A DNA stretch of 64,000 nt, from the NCBI GenBank assembly GCA_001661245.1, contig KV454015.1, positions 980,924 to 1,044,923 of the forward strand, written 5' to 3'. The number at the start of each line of letters is the position of its first letter. Positions within the stretch are counted from its first letter, which is position 1. Positions 22,331 through 33,205 of this stretch are shown in pieces. Under the pieces are notes generated by a model. That model was given only the letters and a program-made list of their open reading frames with translations. It did not search any database and had not been told where the DNA came from. The DNA is from Pachysolen tannophilus NRRL Y-2460 (lineage: Eukaryota). Position numbers and translations under genes: made by a program.

Positions 22331-23494
22331 TCATTTTGGGTTGTTTCTCTTAATTTCTTCCAAGACTTGGTCCAAAAGTTTGGGGTACCAGATTCTACTT
22401 ACATCCTGATGGCTCTTTATTCTGTTCAACAATACAAACCAACCAATAGGTTTATCAACTTGTTCATTGGGTGAGAACTGAAACCCAATTTCACCACGAC
22501 GATATTTCAGCCAGATTCTATCTCTTTCATCTCTTTCCTTTAGCAATTTCTCTGGAACTTTTAGCAGTGTCTTATAAGAACTAATATCGATTGTTTGGAA
22601 AAGAGGAATAGATAATCGATCACCTTCACCGGGACCTGGGGTAAGGACTCTATGAATTGTACTTTTACAAACACCTTGAGTTATAGCTTCTAAAGTTTGA
22701 CCCACTGCAACCACTAAGGTGTCCTGTAAAGGTGGAACTTTTATCCATTCACCTGTATAACTTTCAACTTCCAATGAAGTATGATCTGTTGGTTGGAAAA
22801 TATAAGTAATGAAATCAGAATCTCTATGTTCACCAACTCCTTGATTGGTTTGAACTTTTGCCGTTTTATCTGATAATTTTTCTTTGATTATATCGTTTTT
22901 CAAATTAGGGTCAAGTTTATTAAAATCTGGATATTTTATAATCTTAAGTTTAACTTGTTGTCTTGGTTTTTGGAAAAATTTATCAAAAGAACCTTTTGGT
23001 AATTCTAAACTTTCTTCAATCAAATTAATAAACCATATACTAAAATCTGACATGCTATTCATATAATTTTCGAAAACAGGTCTAAATTTTGGAACTAATG
23101 AAGAATCTGGCCATAAATTTGGACCTTCAATATTTTTCCATAATTCATCATCATTTTGAACAACAGGTTCAGAAAGTTCCGTTGCTAAATCTATTTGTTC
23201 TCTCCAATCAACATTTCCAGCAGTAATCTCGTTTCCTAATTTTGTATAACCCAAGAAATGTTTTGATTTAGTCATTTCAACTTTCAATTTTTCTTCAAGT
23301 GGTAAATTGAAAAACTCATTAGATTCATTAACAACATCTCCAAAAAGCAGATTATCAACAGGAATATTCTTGACATAGAAAAACCCAATATCTAATAAAA
23401 ACTTCTTCAAATCCAGCAAAAAAATCGGTTTCGTAGAATCCGCAAAGGCTAAATTTAAATCTAATATCGGTAGTAAATCAGAACTAATTGACAT
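22331..23494 (-). CDS. 2OG/Fe(II) dioxygenase, isopenicillin N synthase-like superfamily
   Basis: LPILDL, GFFYVKN, DWREQID, GPNLWP, HRD...IHRV and RLSIPLF (R-x-S). Confidence 0.9.
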   Translation of the reverse strand: MSISSDLLPILDLNLAFADSTKPIFLLDLKKFLLDIGFFYVKNIPVDNLLFGDVVNESNEFFNLPLEEKLKVEMTKSKHFLGYTKLGNEITAGNVDWREQIDLATELSEPVVQNDDELWKNIEGPNLWPDSSLVPKFRPVFENYMNSMSDFSIWFINLIEESLELPKGSFDKFFQKPRQQVKLKIIKYPDFNKLDPNLKNDIIKEKLSDKTAKVQTNQGVGEHRDSDFITYIFQPTDHTSLEVESYTGEWIKVPPLQDTLVVAVGQTLEAITQGVCKSTIHRVLTPGPGEGDRLSIPLFQTIDISSYKTLLKVPEKLLKERDERDRIWLKYRRGEIGFQFSPNEQVDKPIGWFVLLNRIKSHQDVSRIWYPKLLDQVLEEIKRNNPK

Positions 23495-23752
23495 ATTTGA
23501 ACAACAAAATCTTCCAAGTTTTTAATTAAAAACTAACAAAATTACAATTAATCAATCATGTCATGCTACTCTACCTATCTTTATATATAGTAGAAACAAT
23601 TCACTCTCTCTCTCACTGTGGACCTTTTCTTTCATCTTATCATCATTGCGTAATAATTGATGACACCTTGAAATCGCCCCAATACAACATAATAACCCAA
23701 AGAAGCCATCAAATAAATAATAACTAATTAATTATACATATATTTATATAAT

Positions 23753-23787
<35 letters not shown>

Positions 23788-23821
23788 CTTGATAAATAGT
23801 GAAGTAATATTGTGATAAAGA

Positions 23822-24571
23822 ATGATGTCTCAGGGAGATCAGCTATTGCAGCAATTAAGACAGTATGATGAATTAAAACAGCAGAATAATAATAATAGTA
23901 CTTATAGTTTTTTCCAGCAACAGCCTCAAGCAATTGGTCATTATATACCCAACCAACATAATCCAATCCAAAATGATGAAAGGTCTGATGATGACTATAA
24001 GAAAATAGATAATGAAGAAGTTCAGGGGAAAATAGATGTGCAATATACTTCTTTGAAGATTTTGAATAATAAACCTAAATATGTACCACCAATTAATTTT
24101 GCTCTTGTTGAAGATGGAATATATAGATCAGGACATCCACAACCTATAAATTTCCCGTTTTTATCAAATTTGAAACTTAAGACTATAATATATTTAGGAG
24201 ATAAAGAAGATAATTATGATTATTATAAGTGGATAAAGCAACAAGGAATTCATTTCCATTATTTAAAAATGGAAACTTCAGTTGCTCCTTTAATATTTAA
24301 TGATCCAGAAGTAATAAAAGCTGCGTTAAACTTGATAATAAATATCGAGAATTATCCAATATTGATTCACTCGAATAAGGGGAAACATAGAATAGGTGTC
24401 TTAGTAGGTGTTATGAGGAAATTACTACAAGGATGGTGTTTGAGTGGAACATTTGATGAATATGATAAATTTTCCGGAGGAAAAGGTGAAGGTGATTTGG
24501 AATTTATTGAAATGTTTGAAACACCATTACAAATTGATGATTCAAAGAAACCGGGGTTTGTAAGATTATAG
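23822..24571 (+). CDS. OCA2: Oca2 pseudophosphatase (Siw14/Oca family)
   Basis: PPINF, IYRSGHP, LKTIIYLGDK and YPILIHSNKGKHRIG (catalytic Cys replaced by Ser), RKLLQGW. Confidence 0.85.
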   Translation: MMSQGDQLLQQLRQYDELKQQNNNNSTYSFFQQQPQAIGHYIPNQHNPIQNDERSDDDYKKIDNEEVQGKIDVQYTSLKILNNKPKYVPPINFALVEDGIYRSGHPQPINFPFLSNLKLKTIIYLGDKEDNYDYYKWIKQQGIHFHYLKMETSVAPLIFNDPEVIKAALNLIINIENYPILIHSNKGKHRIGVLVGVMRKLLQGWCLSGTFDEYDKFSGGKGEGDLEFIEMFETPLQIDDSKKPGFVRL

Positions 24572-24705
24572 GAGTTATAGTTACATATATATATATATAT
24601 CTTTTTGGATAACTGTACTCTATATATATTCATAAAATTAACTGAAAGCTATGAATTTCTAACAATAATATACAAAACTAAACTTTAAAACTTCTAATCT
24701 ATATC

Positions 24706-26268
24706 CTAACTAACATCAATAACCGTTGAACCAGTTATAACTGCATGTCCATCATTCCCGTCCGATGAAACATTATCTTGTACATGTATTTCTTGATTTC
24801 CTCTTTCATTATTATCTTCACTGGTTTCATCACTATTCTTGCCATGATTAAAATGTGCAGCATTTTTCTCCTTCATTACATCGTTTGCTGCACCATATTG
24901 GTTTGCAACATTGAAGGCTTCTGAATCTGCTGGAGGTGGTACACCCCACGATAAGAAATCTCTTCTAACTTCAACGTAATCATATGCAAATTCTCCAACT
25001 TGATCTTCATCAAGTCCTCTTTCCTCCAGCTCTTCAGAAACTCTTAGTTTCAAAAAAGGTATTCTCTCCATAATAAAACATATTATAGTTGTAACCACTG
25101 TACTATAACCAATGGCAAATAATATATAACATATTTGTTTGTAAATTGATCTATAATCATGAGTTATAAAACCACCTTCAGCATCTGTTTGACCATCATA
25201 ACCAATGATATCCGATGAGCCAAAGAAAGCATTGAACAATAATCCAACAACACCTGCAAGCCCATGTTCAGCCAAGATATCCAAAGAGTCATCAACTTTA
25301 AGTAAAAATTTAATCTTTGTCGAATAATTACAAATGATACCTGCAATAACACCTTGGATCACAGATCCATATAAAGTGATACAACCAGAAGAAGGAGTAG
25401 CTGCAACTAAGCCTGAAATACATCCAGAACATAAACCAACAGCACTCCATTTTTTTTCAATTCTCCAATCTAAAATTACCCAAGTTAATGCTCCAAAGGC
25501 AGCAGATAAATTTGTATTCATTATCAGATAAACAACTCTTAAAGAAGGGTAAATACATGAAAACCCATTAAAACCTAACCAACCAAAATATAAAAGCATG
25601 GTACCTAAGGTGACCATAGATACATTATGTGGTTTAAAATTTCCAATTCTTCTTTCTTTTCTTTTTCCCAAGAATGCAGAATAAACAAATCCACTTACAC
25701 CTGACAGAATTTCCACTGGACCACCACCAGCATAATCTAATACACCCCATTTAGCAGCCCAACCAGAATTTGTATTCCATACTGCACAAGCTATTGGACA
25801 ATAAACCAAAGTTGCCCATATAAAACAGAAAATCATTGATGGAATTAATCTTCCTCTTTCACATGTTGCTCCTACAATAATAGCTAAAGTAACACATAAA
25901 AACATCATTTGAAAAATGGCAAATGCCAATTCTGGATAATCTTCACCTCCTAAAACATTTTGAAACCCAAAATTATGTAAATTACCAATAAATCCATTCG
26001 TCGCAGTACTTGAAAAAGCCAACGAATAACCCCAAAAATACCATTGAAACATTCCAACAAATCCTGCCAATATACATACTTGAATTAATGATAATGCTGA
26101 AGATCTTCTTGCTAAACCTGAGTATAAATATCCTAAAGCCGGTATCATTATGAAAACCATTGCACAACCAACAGCTAATAATATAATAGCTCCATCATTA
26201 TAAGTTTCTTCCCATACTTTTCTCTTTGCTAGTATTTCTACTAAAATTGAAGTTTTACTAGTAGACAT
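24706..26268 (-). CDS. MEP1: Ammonium permease, Mep1/Mep3 type
   Basis: ATG at 26268; YSGLARR, QWYFWGYSLAFS, DYAGGGPVE, GLVAATP and GLDEDQVGEFAYDYVEVRRD. Confidence 0.92.
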   Translation of the reverse strand: MSTSKTSILVEILAKRKVWEETYNDGAIILLAVGCAMVFIMIPALGYLYSGLARRSSALSLIQVCILAGFVGMFQWYFWGYSLAFSSTATNGFIGNLHNFGFQNVLGGEDYPELAFAIFQMMFLCVTLAIIVGATCERGRLIPSMIFCFIWATLVYCPIACAVWNTNSGWAAKWGVLDYAGGGPVEILSGVSGFVYSAFLGKRKERRIGNFKPHNVSMVTLGTMLLYFGWLGFNGFSCIYPSLRVVYLIMNTNLSAAFGALTWVILDWRIEKKWSAVGLCSGCISGLVAATPSSGCITLYGSVIQGVIAGIICNYSTKIKFLLKVDDSLDILAEHGLAGVVGLLFNAFFGSSDIIGYDGQTDAEGGFITHDYRSIYKQICYILFAIGYSTVVTTIICFIMERIPFLKLRVSEELEERGLDEDQVGEFAYDYVEVRRDFLSWGVPPPADSEAFNVANQYGAANDVMKEKNAAHFNHGKNSDETSEDNNERGNQEIHVQDNVSSDGNDGHAVITGSTVIDVS

Positions 26269-27199
26269 TTTCAAAAAAAATTATAATTCTTATAAGCTTG
26301 CTTTATTGCTTTAAACCAACTATCATGAACAATTTTACTACTGAACAAAAAAATTGAAAAACTTGGAAAACTCTCTTTTTTTTATATATATATATAGATA
26401 TATTAAATAAGATAAACTATTTCAAGTTCCCAATTTTTCTTTAACCAAAATTTTCGAGTAGAGAATCTTGTTATTTTATAAATTCTTAAAGATGATCAGT
26501 AAAGTGATGACAAGAAATACGTTTCTTAAAGAATATGCAGAGATATGTACATTGGAAAAAAAAAAAAAGAAAAGCAAAAGAAGAAAAAAAAAAAAAAAAA
26601 AACAGAAAAGAAAAATTTTTTGCTCGGTACGGTTAATTCAGATTATATAATCATTTACTAAGACTACATACGGTATAATATATCAATAGAAATATTATTG
26701 CTAGGTTGAATTAACTATTTCTTAAGCGAGATATTATTGACCTTTAAATTTAAGACTAAACGAGAAAATACTACTGTCTAGGAGTACAATGTCTCATGAT
26801 TCAGATCGAAAAGTAATTGGGATTAACGGTACTATTTGTAGTTAAAAAAAATGTTTAATACCGTATTTTTAAAAATTAATACTCATTAATCTATATGAGT
26901 ATATATTATTTACTATATACTGAAGCATAATCAGAAAATGGCTCACGTTTGAAAAAATAAGATAACAAAGTCGTTATCAGTCCACAAACAATAAGCTTTC
27001 ATAAATAAAATCAATCCAATTCAATTTTTTTTTTTTTTTTCAGCCAGTTTCATGGTTTTCAATAGTATAACCAATTAAAAAAAATAGATGCTCGGTTTCT
27101 GAAGGCATCTTTTCCGTGGAAAGGAAAAAAATACAAAGAAAAGCCACTTGAAACTTACATTATTTCACTTTTTTTTGGTTGGCATTTATAACCATTTCA

Positions 27200-27700
27200 G
27201 GCACACCTGGTGTTATTGGTATTCAATATAGTAAGCGTTCTCGCTAATTATGTAATACGATGGCATTTCCGAAATGCCATCGTAAGGAATTGTTTGTTTC
27301 TACCGGGGGTTTTGCCCGCCGTAGACTAACGGCTTTGGCCCATAAAGCCGCTGCGCTGAATTAGAAAAAAAATTAATTTTTTATTTTTTTTTTTGCTTTT
27401 GTTTTGTTCCGGTTATTAAGAGCATCTCAAATTAAAACAAGCCGCAATATTAGAGGCTCGCTAGTACTTAACTTTAGAAGCTAAAATAGTTTAATTAGGG
27501 CTTTGGCTTGGCCCGTTGTTTGGTTCCATTTTTAGGCCCGTTTTTTTGAGATTGTGGCCTGGACTCACTTAAAGTAGATCCAAGACTGCGGGGTACGCGA
27601 TGGAGACAGTAGCGGCAGCGGTAGTTGAACGGTAGTAAAAATTTGGGTAAAAAAAAAAATTTTAGGATTTTGGCCTACAGTTTAACGGTTTTCTATTTAA
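27200..27700. other. GC-rich, hairpin-rich non-coding island (candidate ncRNA or regulatory element)
   Basis: 14-bp inverted repeat at 27256-27284 plus shorter stems at 27318-27350; no ORF; boundaries approximate. Confidence 0.3.
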
Positions 27701-28177
27701 TTGAATTCGAGAGTTTGACAAGACAAAAATTGTCTATTTTACTTTAGGCGTGTGATCCAATAAAAAGATGTAATTGACTTAACTCTTTTTTTAAAAGCAC
27801 TACTTAATAGATAGAGGCAAAAAAAATTTGATTAATCTTTTTTTTTATCTTGTGGGTAATTTATCAAGAGTTATTTTGTAATTTTTCAAAACAGTTGTTC
27901 AAAAGTACTACATACACATATGATGAAATATTATTTTGTCTGTACTGTTCATTGAAGAATAGATGAGAAGAATTGTAATCAATCTTGTTTATCTACTTTA
28001 TTGTTCAACATTTTGTGTTTCATGAGGTATACCTTTAGAACTCTTAATTGTATGGTTAAAGAATTTGCGGGCTGTAAGATAAGTACGATAAGTTATCAAA
28101 AAAAAGAGGCATATTAATAATTTAATTTTTAAATATATATATATATATATATATACTTCATACCATTAGTTTATATC

Positions 28178-29335
28178 ATGTCTAGCGACTTATATCTGTC
28201 ATTAAAAGAAGATGTTCAAAAACTTTCTTCGAATAAATCTTTAGATGAATGTTTTGTTGAGAGTGCTAAATTATTAAATGTTTTGAAAAAAGCTGAAAAG
28301 GAGTTATCAAATGATCAAGATGATATTTTTAAATCATTACCTAAATATATTAATAATTGGAATGATGAAGTTACTAAAAAGGAAAAATCTATAAATCATT
28401 CGATTAGAAGATATAATAAAACTATGGATAAATTTGATTCATTTGATATTGATGAAATTTATAAATATAAAATACCAATTGAAGATAATCAAAAAAATAA
28501 AAAATTAATTGATAGAGCTATTATAATGCATTTACTTAGAAATGGAAATTTTACGGTTGCTCAAACTTTACAAGAACAAACTGGGTTGATGGTACCGAAA
28601 GAATTGATTGATAAATTTAAAGAATTATACGATATCTTAAATTCATTAATTAACGAATCAAATTTGGATAAAGCAATAGATTGGTGTAATAAAAATAAAT
28701 TAGAGTTAAATGAGGTTGGATCTGATTTGGGCTTTAATTTACATAAATTGAAATTTATAAAATTATATCAAAATGAAGAAGATCCTTTTAAAGCTTATAA
28801 TTACGCAAAGGAAAATTTCCCCAATTATGGTCATTCACATTTAGATACAATTTCTAAATTAGTTTCAGATATAATGATTCATAATGAGTCGTCATCTGTG
28901 GATTTTTACAATGACTCTATATTAAAGATTTCTCAGCAATTATCCAGGGTTTTCTGTTCCTTATTAGGATTATCATCAGAATCACCATTATATTCAACTT
29001 TATTGGCAAGTTTTTTTGCTTTGCCAAATTTTATTAAATTTAATAATGTATCAAAGAAAACAAAGAGATTAGATTGGACTACTAAAAATGAATTACTGTT
29101 TGAAGTTTTATTACCTAATTTCTTACAATACCATTCGGTGTTCATTTGTCCTGTTTCAAAAGAAGAAACTACCATTGATAACCCTCCGCTTGTATTACCT
29201 TGTAAGCATATCTTGTCAAAGGAAAGTGTGATGAAACTTTCAAGAAGAAATTCGAATAGCACTTTCAAATGTCCATATTGTCCTTCTATAACTAGGTACT
29301 CGGAGACTAAAATGGTTAAATTTGTCAATATATAA
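28178..29335 (+). CDS. RMD5: GID complex RING subunit Rmd5/Gid2
   Basis: LisH/CTLH-like AIIMHLLRNG, SSESPLY, HSVFICPVSKEETT, LPCKH and FKCPYCP. Confidence 0.92.
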   Translation: MSSDLYLSLKEDVQKLSSNKSLDECFVESAKLLNVLKKAEKELSNDQDDIFKSLPKYINNWNDEVTKKEKSINHSIRRYNKTMDKFDSFDIDEIYKYKIPIEDNQKNKKLIDRAIIMHLLRNGNFTVAQTLQEQTGLMVPKELIDKFKELYDILNSLINESNLDKAIDWCNKNKLELNEVGSDLGFNLHKLKFIKLYQNEEDPFKAYNYAKENFPNYGHSHLDTISKLVSDIMIHNESSSVDFYNDSILKISQQLSRVFCSLLGLSSESPLYSTLLASFFALPNFIKFNNVSKKTKRLDWTTKNELLFEVLLPNFLQYHSVFICPVSKEETTIDNPPLVLPCKHILSKESVMKLSRRNSNSTFKCPYCPSITRYSETKMVKFVNI

Positions 29336-29695
29336 TATAATTTTACTATGAAATGAATTGGATATTTGTTTTTTTTTTCTTTTTAATGTTTTGTTTCGGG
29401 TTTTTTATTTAAATTAGGTTAGAATGTTTTCTGAATACCTGGAGGTTAATCTACAAGCTCATCAGAGTTTTTAATTTATAATATTAGTTGAATTGTAGTT
29501 GCAGTTAATTAGTTATACTGGTAAATTGGTAGTAATTACTCTTAAGGGCTTTAAAAATCTCTGGGGGCGCCAAACTCTTTTTTGGCTGTAAAGATAAAAA
29601 GAACAACCCACAATCCACAATCAAACTAGAAATATAAATTATATTTTGTTTAATCAATTTGTTAATTAAGACGACTATTGAAGATATTATTCAAG

Positions 29696-32254
29696 ATGAA
29701 GAGTCAATTGTTAACTATTCCTAGTAAAAATACTGATAATTTGGACTGGATTCATCCTTTAAGAAATTATTTAATTAAGACATACGGTAATTATCAGGAT
29801 TTCAATGAAGAGATAAATACGTTCAATAAATTAAGATCTGATGCTAAAGGCGTAAATAAAGATTTAACTGGAAGAGATATACTCTATCGTTACTATGGTC
29901 AATTGGAATTATTTGACTTAAGAATTCCTGTTGATGCAAATGGTGGAGTGAATATTAACTTTACTTGGTATGATGCTTTTAAAGAATCAAAAGAGTACAC
30001 ACAGCATTCTTTGGCTTTTGAGAAAGCAGGTGTTTTGTTCAACTTAGCTAGTGTATTATCACACATTGCTTCCGACGCATCAGATAAGGGAAATGATTAT
30101 AAAACTTGTTATAGTTGTTTACAATATGCTGCTGGTGTATTGTTATTTATAAGTGAGAATTTCTTACATGCACCTTCTCTGGATTTAAAACAAGAAACGG
30201 TAAAGGCTTTAGAAAAATTAATGTTAGCTCAAGCACAGGAGGTATTTGTATTAAAATTACTTGATGGAGAAACTTATAAGAATTCTTTAGTGGCAAGATT
30301 ATCGAAATCGACTTCAAATTTTTATAATTCAACTAATGAGTTATTGGAAAACTTGATAACAGAAGTTGGAATTCCATATCAATGGTTAAATCATTGTAAG
30401 GCAGAAGCTAAGTACTTTAATGCATTGGCTTATTATCATCAGGCATTAAATTTAAAAGACCTACAAAAAATTGGAGAAGCAATTTCTTTTATGAAAGAAT
30501 CACAAGAAGAAATTAAAGAAATACAATCTAATTATACTTACCATACATTAACTACGTTAAAGGAGAACATCAAAACTTTATCAGAAAAAATCAAACTGGA
30601 ATTACCTGTTTTAGAGAAAGATAATGATTATATTTACCACGAAACAATTCCACTGTTTGCTTCATTACTGGAAATCAAAGCGTTAGACAGCTGTAAAGCA
30701 GTACCGATCAATGAACAGGGAATTGATAAAGTTGTAGGGAATGATATTTTTGAAAAAATTATTCCACTTTCTATTCATGAACAAAGTTCAAAATATTCAG
30801 AGGAAAAAGCCAAGTTACTAAGACAAGAAGATGAGAAAATTGTAGTTAGCGATGAAGAATTAAAGTCGATTTTGGAATACTTGAACTTACCGAAAGCCTT
30901 AGTTGATATAAAAGAGATGTTAAAGGCTGAGAGCGAGGAAATTTATGATGATGATAATGACATCTTAGATCCTAGAATAAAAGATTTAGCATTTGAGGTG
31001 TCTTCTAACTCAATTGATCCTCAAAAATTGGAAAGTTTGAAGTCAAAAATTTATTCAAATTTGCAAAAAATTGAAAATGCTTTAAGTAATATTAAACCAA
31101 ATGGTGATCCGAACATTAGTGAAAATATTGTTAATATCAGAGAGAAATTGATCAATAGCAAAAAATCACTATTACAGGCTGGAGAACAGGATGCAAAGAT
31201 TGAAAGTTTGATCAAACCATATCGACAACAATATGACATGTTAAGATTAGGGCCTAATAATCCTCAGTTGCTTTCATTTTTCCGGAATGGCAGTGATAAA
31301 GCAAAAGAGGAACCTAGTTTGCTAGATATTGATAATTCAGATTTAGGATCCGATCGAGAAATTGAAATATTAATTAATGAAGTTGAAGGCATGATTCAAG
31401 ATTTGTATAATTTGAAAAAAGGAAGGCATAACGTTTATTCAGAATTTCAAGAAAAAGTTCATAACGACGATATTTCAAATATTTTAATATTGAACAAAAG
31501 TAATATATCAAATATTGAAAATGAGCTATTCCAGCAAGAGTTATTAAAATTTGAACCTTTAAGAAATCAAATTGAGGCTAATTTGAAAAAGCAAGATACA
31601 TATATCAAAAATTTGAAACTTAAAATGTCTATACTTATGAAAAATCGTAAAATTTTGAAAATGTCCAATAGCAGTTTTGTCATGTCTAAGAAAATTACAA
31701 ATTTCTTGAAAATCCAAGAAAACGATATATTGAAAAGATATTTGAATGGTTTGAATCTGGCATTGAAATTCTATTCAGATTTATCAATATTTGTTGAAGA
31801 AGTTGAAGTTGATGTTAATGGATTAGTAAGTGAGTCAAAGTCTTCTGCATCTAATAGTAACTGGGATATTTTGAATAACTTCCAACGATTAAGTGTAGGA
31901 AGTAATAGTAATGTGTCACCGGCAGCATCAAGATCGCCATCAACATGGAATAACAACAACAATACAACTCGAGATTACCAATCTCTGAATTACAACCCAT
32001 CAGCCCCATCTCAGCCACCGTTGCTACCTCCAAAACCTAATCGGACAGGAAGCACTACAAGTGATAACATGCTGAATTATTACCGTCAACTGCAGCCACA
32101 GCAGTTACAACAACCGCAGCAGCAAGTTCCTTCTTTTGGATTAGAGGCTTTAGATAATCAAACTCATTATCAGCAAGGAAAACCCTCTGCCGGCTCTATC
32201 TACGATAATCCACCAAGTTTTGATCCAACGATTTACTCAAAATATGGTAACTAA
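29696..32254 (+). CDS. BRO1: ESCRT-associated Bro1 (Bro1 domain, V domain, Pro-rich tail)
   Basis: ATG at 29696; YYGQLE, FTWYDAF, SLAFEKA, LEKDNDYIYH, YSEEKAKLLR, PPLLPPKP and C-terminal YSKY. Confidence 0.92.
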   Translation: MKSQLLTIPSKNTDNLDWIHPLRNYLIKTYGNYQDFNEEINTFNKLRSDAKGVNKDLTGRDILYRYYGQLELFDLRIPVDANGGVNINFTWYDAFKESKEYTQHSLAFEKAGVLFNLASVLSHIASDASDKGNDYKTCYSCLQYAAGVLLFISENFLHAPSLDLKQETVKALEKLMLAQAQEVFVLKLLDGETYKNSLVARLSKSTSNFYNSTNELLENLITEVGIPYQWLNHCKAEAKYFNALAYYHQALNLKDLQKIGEAISFMKESQEEIKEIQSNYTYHTLTTLKENIKTLSEKIKLELPVLEKDNDYIYHETIPLFASLLEIKALDSCKAVPINEQGIDKVVGNDIFEKIIPLSIHEQSSKYSEEKAKLLRQEDEKIVVSDEELKSILEYLNLPKALVDIKEMLKAESEEIYDDDNDILDPRIKDLAFEVSSNSIDPQKLESLKSKIYSNLQKIENALSNIKPNGDPNISENIVNIREKLINSKKSLLQAGEQDAKIESLIKPYRQQYDMLRLGPNNPQLLSFFRNGSDKAKEEPSLLDIDNSDLGSDREIEILINEVEGMIQDLYNLKKGRHNVYSEFQEKVHNDDISNILILNKSNISNIENELFQQELLKFEPLRNQIEANLKKQDTYIKNLKLKMSILMKNRKILKMSNSSFVMSKKITNFLKIQENDILKRYLNGLNLALKFYSDLSIFVEEVEVDVNGLVSESKSSASNSNWDILNNFQRLSVGSNSNVSPAASRSPSTWNNNNNTTRDYQSLNYNPSAPSQPPLLPPKPNRTGSTTSDNMLNYYRQLQPQQLQQPQQQVPSFGLEALDNQTHYQQGKPSAGSIYDNPPSFDPTIYSKYGN

Positions 32255-32518
32255 GTGTATCCATTTAATTTTACTTTTTCGTTCCTAAATAGTAGATCCA
32301 ATGTATCTTATGATTATATATCAGCAAATACTATCTATATATGTAGAATTACAATCAAGGTTCTACCAAGTTACTAATTAGCAATTGTCTACGGTAACGT
32401 TAAAAAAANAAAAAAGTAAAAGAAATTTAAATGTCCATTGAATATGAGAGGTTGCCTCAACGTAAACAAGGCTAGCAGATTACATATATATATATATATA
32501 TATATATTTATCAGTTAA

Positions 32519-33205
32519 NNNNNNNNNNNNNNNNNNNNNNNNNNNNNNNNNNNNNNNNNNNNNNNNNNNNNNNNNNNNNNNNNNNNNNNNNNNNNNNNNN
32601 NNNNNNNNNNNNNNNNNNNNNNNNNNNNNNNNNNNNNNNNNNNNNNNNNNNNNNNNNNNNNNNNNNNNNNNNNNNNNNNNNNNNNNNNNNNNNNNNNNNN
32701 NNNNNNNNNNNNNNNNNNNNNNNNNNNNNNNNNNNNNNNNNNNNNNNNNNNNNNNNNNNNNNNNNNNNNNNNNNNNNNNNNNNNNNNNNNNNNNNNNNNN
32801 NNNNNNNNNNNNNNNNNNNNNNNNNNNNNNNNNNNNNNNNNNNNNNNNNNNNNNNNNNNNNNNNNNNNNNNNNNNNNNNNNNNNNNNNNNNNNNNNNNNN
32901 NNNNNNNNNNNNNNNNNNNNNNNNNNNNNNNNNNNNNNNNNNNNNNNNNNNNNNNNNNNNNNNNNNNNNNNNNNNNNNNNNNNNNNNNNNNNNNNNNNNN
33001 NNNNNNNNNNNNNNNNNNNNNNNNNNNNNNNNNNNNNNNNNNNNNNNNNNNNNNNNNNNNNNNNNNNNNNNNNNNNNNNNNNNNNNNNNNNNNNNNNNNN
33101 NNNNNNNNNNNNNNNNNNNNNNNNNNNNNNNNNNNNNNNNNNNNNNNNNNNNNNNNNNNNNNNNNNNNNNNNNNNNNNNNNNNNNNNNNNNNNNNNNNNN
33201 NNNNN
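32519..33205. other. Assembly gap (N run)
   Basis: Run of Ns. Confidence 1.

Noticed and set aside
26468..26650. Lys-rich 60-aa ORF
   Set aside because: Produced by poly-A tracts in the MEP promoter
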